Of a stretch of DNA of 64,000 nt, positions 59,597 through 64,000 are shown piece after piece. The notes below the pieces were generated by a model that ran no database searches, was not told the origin of the DNA, and saw only the letters and a program-made list of their open reading frames with translations. The stretch lies in the NCBI GenBank assembly GCA_045597865.1, contig JAZLKX010000028.1, positions 44,224-108,223 of the forward strand, given 5' to 3'. The position numbers and the translations under genes are program-made. Within the stretch, counting starts at the first letter, position 1; the number at the start of each line of letters is the position of its first letter. Origin of the DNA: Bacilli bacterium (GTDB lineage Bacteria > Bacillota_I > Bacilli_A > RFN20 > CAG-826).

Positions 59597-60586
59597 ATGA
59601 ATATCGATGAATTAATTAATTTACTTATTAACAAACAAATCAACACTCGAAATAATGCGACTTATTGTGTTAATCAAATGCTTTTAGACATGAATATGTT
59701 TTTTGGCAAATATATTAGCGATTATATAGAAGAAAACAAAAAGCAAAAGAACTGCAAAAAATTAACAATCAGCAAAATTTCTGAAGAACTTACAAAACAG
59801 CTAGGTAAGGGATACTCCAGACAAAATTTGTCAAAGATGTTAATTTTTTATACTATGTATAAAAAATGCTCGGAGGTTCCGAGCAATTTGTCTTGGTCAC
59901 AAATATGCGAACTCCTATATATCAAAAATATCAACGAACGTAAATTCTATGAAATTGAATGTGTAAAACAAAGATGGTCATCAACAGAATTGAGAAGGCA
60001 AATTCAAACTGGCTATTATCAAAGAGTACTGCTCGGTTCGAAAGAAAATATTCAAACAAAAGCAAACCAATTGTCCACTATTGGAAATGAAATTATTGAA
60101 CCTAGAGATATTTTGGTAGACCCCATTGTCTTAAATTTCTTTAAACAAAAAACAAACCTTAAAGAAAAAGATATCGAAACTGGAATTATTGGCCATTTAA
60201 AAGAATTTCTTCTTGAGCTTGGCTCTGGATTTAGATTCATCGACAATCAATATCAATTCAATATATCAAACAAGAAATATTTTGTTGATTTAGTATTCTA
60301 TAATGAAGTGCTTAAATGCTACGTTCTAATAGAGCTAAAGTCAGCACCGTTCCATAAAGATGTTATTGGCCAAATCAATACCTACCTCAACTATTTCAAA
60401 AGCAACATAAACAAACCTGGAGACAACGATCCAATTGGCATTGTTATGTGCACTGATTTTGAACATATACAAGTTGAATATGCATTAGGGAATATATCGA
60501 ATCAAATATTCGTGACAAAATACATTACCCATCTTCCAAAGAAAGAAGATCTCGAAAGAGAATTATTATTAGCTCAAAAACGTTAA
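59597..60586 (+). CDS. second DUF1016/YhcG-family PD-(D/E)XK nuclease
   Basis: GKGYS..NL..M, LSWS, WS..ELRRQI, FLLELG.GF.F, DLVFY...LKCYVLIELK, PIGI; start MNIDE after AAAGGA. Confidence 0.92.
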   Translation: MNIDELINLLINKQINTRNNATYCVNQMLLDMNMFFGKYISDYIEENKKQKNCKKLTISKISEELTKQLGKGYSRQNLSKMLIFYTMYKKCSEVPSNLSWSQICELLYIKNINERKFYEIECVKQRWSSTELRRQIQTGYYQRVLLGSKENIQTKANQLSTIGNEIIEPRDILVDPIVLNFFKQKTNLKEKDIETGIIGHLKEFLLELGSGFRFIDNQYQFNISNKKYFVDLVFYNEVLKCYVLIELKSAPFHKDVIGQINTYLNYFKSNINKPGDNDPIGIVMCTDFEHIQVEYALGNISNQIFVTKYITHLPKKEDLERELLLAQKR

Positions 60587-60623
60587 AATTCGGCCCATAC
60601 GAGCAAAGAGAGTGCTCTATGGG
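60585..60623 (+). repeat. hairpin element A, copy 7 (followed by palindrome B at 60631-60678)
   Basis: AAAATTCGG-CCCATA-C-GAGCA-AAGAGAG-TGCTC-TATGGG overlapping the DUF1016 stop codon. Confidence 0.88.
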
Positions 60624-60753
60624 AATATAGAAATATCCAGGAATTTAAGTGAAAATCCCCAGAAAATCCTGGATATTTTAAAAGAATCATATATAAGACA
60701 TACAAAAACTCAATGACTTATTAGAAGAAAGAAATCTTCCTATTATTGAGTAA

Positions 60754-61671
60754 TTATATTTTTGAGTAGCCACAACCGCACGCTCCACAATGAGGGCAAA
60801 TAATCCAACCGCATTTTGGGCATATTTCCATATACAATGAATCTAAGTTCTGCTGGCACTTGTAACAATGGGTTACTCTTCTATTTAATTTTCTTAGTAT
60901 TCCTTTTGATCCGTATTTTCGTGTGTACTCCAAAACAGACTTATCTAAATCAGAATTGTTATAAATAACATCTTCCACTATATCTTTGTTGATACGGTAA
61001 TCGCCAACATCAACATAAAGTTGTATCCAAGCATTTTGTTCATCTATTATTTCAAGTGTTTTACGATGTTTAATGCCATATTTGTTCATAAGGTAGATAA
61101 TTGCCTTATCTTTAAATGTTTCACCTTCTTGAATGTCGTATATTAAATCGTAATCATAAATTGAAAGTTTATAGTTTTTAAATGTTGAGTTGTCACCGTC
61201 ATATGTAAAGCCTTGGTTTGCATCAAATTGTTTTACAACTTCAATATGTTTAATACCAATTACATTTTTACAATAATCACCAAGTAACGATTTTAATTCA
61301 TTTACTGATTTGCCATATACAATAGAAAAAACTTTTTCTGTTTGCTTACTAGTGCTTTCTAAATAAACGGCACCACCATAACTTATGTTATAAGCAAGGT
61401 TATTCAAAAAAGCCATCTTTATGCGTGGATTAATTGACTCAATACATTTCCCATCTATAAGCGGCAAGAAACAGTATTTGCATCTTGGTGTATTTGAATC
61501 AACGAGCTGATATTCCTTCAAAAACTCTTCTTCAGTAAGCGATTCAATAACATTAGGAGAAGAAACTTTTGCAAAACAAATTTTCCTGCAAGTTGAAAAT
61601 TGAATGATATTAACTACAACACAAAAATCTTGTTTGTTTGTATAAAGTGAATTTATTTCAATGTTAGCCAT
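60754..61671 (-). CDS. hypothetical protein with C-terminal Cys-rich zinc ribbon
   Basis: CYKC...CPKCGWIICPHCGACGC; AGGAG RBS. Confidence 0.7.
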   Translation of the reverse strand: MANIEINSLYTNKQDFCVVVNIIQFSTCRKICFAKVSSPNVIESLTEEEFLKEYQLVDSNTPRCKYCFLPLIDGKCIESINPRIKMAFLNNLAYNISYGGAVYLESTSKQTEKVFSIVYGKSVNELKSLLGDYCKNVIGIKHIEVVKQFDANQGFTYDGDNSTFKNYKLSIYDYDLIYDIQEGETFKDKAIIYLMNKYGIKHRKTLEIIDEQNAWIQLYVDVGDYRINKDIVEDVIYNNSDLDKSVLEYTRKYGSKGILRKLNRRVTHCYKCQQNLDSLYMEICPKCGWIICPHCGACGCGYSKI

Positions 61672-61685
61672 AAATGTCTCCTATA

Positions 61686-61916
61686 TTATATTGATTCATT
61701 CTCGGAATGTGTATACTCGCCTGTGGACATATTAACTTTAGTTGGGTAGCCATCTTTTATTTTGATTGTTAATGTTTTAACGATTGATCCTTCTTCAGTC
61801 GCAAAATAATTAATAGCTTCAATTAAACACGCTAGTAAATTTGCATACTGATTGTCATTCATTGTTTGTTTTTTTAAATGTTTCGTGAATAACTTAATTT
61901 TTTGTTTGTCTGTCAT
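61686..61916 (-). CDS. 76-aa hypothetical protein
   Basis: AGAGGT RBS before MTDKQK; probably co-transcribed with the zinc-ribbon gene. Confidence 0.55.
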   Translation of the reverse strand: MTDKQKIKLFTKHLKKQTMNDNQYANLLACLIEAINYFATEEGSIVKTLTIKIKDGYPTKVNMSTGEYTHSENESI

Positions 61917-62198
61917 AAATACCTCTTTTATTTTATGCGGGTGACCATAAGATATAAAACTTAGGCCACCCATATGTAAGGAGAGCTGTACGTTTTAAGT
62001 ACACTTATATTATACACTGGATATTTGACAAAATTTCGTTGTTATAGACTAAGTCTATAAAAATTCCTTGCTCTTCTAAACTTTCTATCACCTATCTTAG
62101 GAATTATATTAATATAATTCCGCCTATCTTATCCCTATAGTCCCTTCTCTTATTCTTTCCTAAATCTTCTTTTTGACATATATCAAATACATGGTCAG

Positions 62199-62238
62199 AA
62201 ATCGTACCCATACGAGCAAAGAGAGTGCTCTATGGGTA
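62199..62238 (+). repeat. hairpin element A, copy 8 (terminator at 62244-62273)
   Basis: AAATCGTA-CCCATA-C-GAGCA-AAGAGAG-TGCTC-TATGGG, same hairpin as copy 7. Confidence 0.85.
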
Positions 62239-62407
62239 AATAAAAAGACAAGGGTTCTAACTCCCTTGCCTTTAAAGATTATCTCCGTCTAAGAGATATT
62301 AATATTATACACCTAATTTGTTAAAAGAAAACCCACGCTCTAGAAACGTGGGCTCGTCCGAGGAAAGACGTATAGTCTGGATAAGTCTCAATAAGGAGTA
62401 AAGAGAG

Positions 62408-63202
62408 CTAATCCCTTAAATTTAATTTTTTAAGTATATTGAGCGATACATCCTTCTTTGCTTCAACCTTAGTTGTGCCATAACCTTCATCTTTTAATTG
62501 AATTGTTTTGGAACCTTTTCTGTAGGTTACAATACATTTACATTTCCACATCTTCCAGCCATCAATGTCATACATTTTGTTATCAAAAGAATACTTTGCA
62601 TCTAAAAGAATACGTTTATCCACTAATTCTTTGAGCTTACTTGTAGCTTCATTTAATTCTATTTGAGAATCAACATAGCATTTAATTCTTTCTTTTGCTT
62701 TTAAGACTCCTTTTGAATCAAGCAACTTTTCAACAACCGGAACAATCTTCTTCATATCGTAATTTGAATCTATGGCCATCGCTCCAATGATTGCCTCAAT
62801 TAGATCAGCTTTAACTTTTGTAGTGTTCACCACATTATTTTTCTTATCTGCATCTCCTAAATACATATAGCCTGCTAAACCTAACTTATCTACAATTCCT
62901 GCTAGATATTCATTAGAAGTTAAGTCTTGTTTGTACTCGGTGAAATTGAATTCTGTTAAGTTACCTTCAGAATATAATTCCTTGGGTTTTTCCATTGAAA
63001 TCCCCATAAATTCACGAGTAAATATGTTGATTACGCAATATTCGAGGATTGTATCGCCAATGAATTCCAAGAGTTCATTTGACTCTCCTCCGTGATCAAC
63101 AACATAGCTTTTTCTTTTGAATGCTTGATATAGCAAATCTTTGTTATTAAATTGATAGCCAATCAATTCCATGACTTTTTCATTATTTTGTTTTAAATCC
63201 AT
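62408..63202 (-). CDS. ribonuclease III-family protein (accessory, divergent) with dsRBD-like C-terminus
   Basis: IGYQF....LL.QAF...SY, NELLEFIGD, ADLIEAIIGA..ID, G.G.TK.EAK. Confidence 0.85.
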   Translation of the reverse strand: MDLKQNNEKVMELIGYQFNNKDLLYQAFKRKSYVVDHGGESNELLEFIGDTILEYCVINIFTREFMGISMEKPKELYSEGNLTEFNFTEYKQDLTSNEYLAGIVDKLGLAGYMYLGDADKKNNVVNTTKVKADLIEAIIGAMAIDSNYDMKKIVPVVEKLLDSKGVLKAKERIKCYVDSQIELNEATSKLKELVDKRILLDAKYSFDNKMYDIDGWKMWKCKCIVTYRKGSKTIQLKDEGYGTTKVEAKKDVSLNILKKLNLRD

Positions 63203-63416
63203 ATCTAAAACCTCTTTCTATCCCAAAGAAAGAATCCATGATTAACAAAACGACCAATGGATATTAGTTTCAAATAATTTTTGTAGTCACATCCATATAA
63301 ATAAGAGCCTAGAACTTTTACTTATATAAATCAGATTACTCGATTAGTTCAAACCAATTTCTTATTGGGATGCACTTATTCTATCAAAAATATACCCATA
63401 TATCAATTATGGGCAT

Positions 63417-63452
63417 AAAAAATCGGATGATACGAGAACTAGTCTTTATCGG
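63417..63452 (+). repeat. hairpin element A, copy 9 (terminator-like hairpin at 63461-63483)
   Basis: AAAAAATCGG-ATGATA-C-GAGA-ACTAG-TCTT-TATCGG; same ACTAG loop as copies 1 and 2; degenerate CCCATA/TATGGG hairpin just upstream (63395-63413). Confidence 0.75.
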
Positions 63453-63593
63453 TATAGAAAAGCCGGCTTCACTTTAGCCGGCTCTGACAAGTTTTTACTT
63501 GTAGGAAGATATTACATGCCTTATCTTCGAATTTTTAGAAAAAGAAAAGCAAAAAGTGCTTGGTAATCTTTTTGCTTTTCAATGTTAGAAAGA

Positions 63594-63824
63594 TTATTTT
63601 TCTCTTAATGGTGCACCAACATTATCTCTGAACGCGCCGGTTGCGATTTTTAGTAAATCAATTAACCAGCCTAAGAGAAAGCAGCCACCTGTTATAGCGA
63701 ATAAGAGTCCTCTACCAATTCTACCAACGTAGAAATTGTGTAAACCAATAATTCCACCGAAAGCACAAAAAATTAATGCTTTACGTTTGCTCTTATCACT
63801 TGTTTGTGTAACGTAAGAAGACAT
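63594..63824 (-). CDS. TM2-domain membrane protein
   Basis: KSK..ALI.C.FGG..GLH.FYVG....G.L...T.G....GW.ID; GGGAGG RBS. Confidence 0.88.
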   Translation of the reverse strand: MSSYVTQTSDKSKRKALIFCAFGGIIGLHNFYVGRIGRGLLFAITGGCFLLGWLIDLLKIATGAFRDNVGAPLREK

Positions 63825-63850
63825 AAACTTTCCTCCCTTATAATATTTTT

Positions 63851-63883
63851 ATTCTATAGAGAGAGAGAGAGAGAGAGAGTCAA
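63851..63883 (-). promoter_or_regulatory. promoter with (TC)11 microsatellite spacer
   Basis: TTGACT (63883-63878), 21-bp spacer of TC repeats, TAGAAT (63856-63851). Confidence 0.75.
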
Positions 63884-63907
63884 GCACTTTCACTATGTGA
63901 GTGCTAA
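63881..63907 (-). promoter_or_regulatory. CIRCE-like (HrcA) operator
   Basis: TTAGCACTC-N9-AAGTGCTTG: one perfect arm, exact 9-bp spacer, second arm 6/9, overlapping the -35 box. Confidence 0.6.
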
Positions 63908-63957
63908 ATTTTTAAAATAAAAAACGCACGGTTATTCCGAGCGTTGTGAATGTTTTA

Positions 63958-63999
63958 TTAATCTACTGTTGCTGAGAACTCAACATCCTTTTTGTCAGC
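63958..63999 (-). CDS. 3' end of a gene entering from the right edge
   Basis: ...ADKKDVEFSATVD followed by TAA TAA and a terminator-like hairpin at 63921-63945. Confidence 0.45.
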   Translation of the reverse strand, partial: ADKKDVEFSATVD

Positions 64000-64000
64000 T

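Noticed and set aside
53750-63452. Element A as CRISPR repeats or canonical integron attC sites
   Set aside because: Spacing is kb-scale with whole genes between copies, there is no cas operon, no RYYYAAC/GTTRRRY ends and no intI in the window.

Overview
Low-GC Bacillota (probably a Bacilli gut/rumen lineage; genetic code 11) chromosomal segment, mostly encoded on the minus strand. From left to right: (1) the cysS-rlmB-sigH-like-rpmG-secE-nusG-rplK-rplA cluster, interrupted by Mrp and an ArsR/P1B-ATPase pair. (2) A ~16 kb variant anaerobic purine/urate-type catabolic operon: MocA, two Xdh-type Mo enzymes, HyuA, SsnA, a PreA/DHOD-like protein, two PLP enzymes, YgeY and a carbamoyltransferase, followed by SdaA. 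(3) ECF-type membrane proteins and smpB. (4) Three giant surface Endonuclease-I/Ig-repeat proteins, one apparently a frameshifted S8 protease-nuclease fusion. (5) thyA-folA, a SAM-I riboswitch in front of an unknown 90-aa gene, an EAL protein and a DUF2779 nuclease. (6) From ~53.7 kb, an AT-rich accessory island, which is the most interesting part. It has nine copies of a covarying bulged hairpin (AAAWTCGG + stem with one extrahelical C, usually followed by a terminator) that divide it into ~0.7-1.6 kb gene units. Three DUF1016 paralogues each carry a different palindrome in the same codon register. A non-coding tandem array of 24-bp palindromes matches the palindromic 8-codon segment inside the neighbouring KilA-N gene. 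A (TC)11 promoter spacer with a CIRCE-like box precedes a TM2 gene at the right end. No recombinase or transposase is in the window, so all mechanisms for the island are hypotheses.
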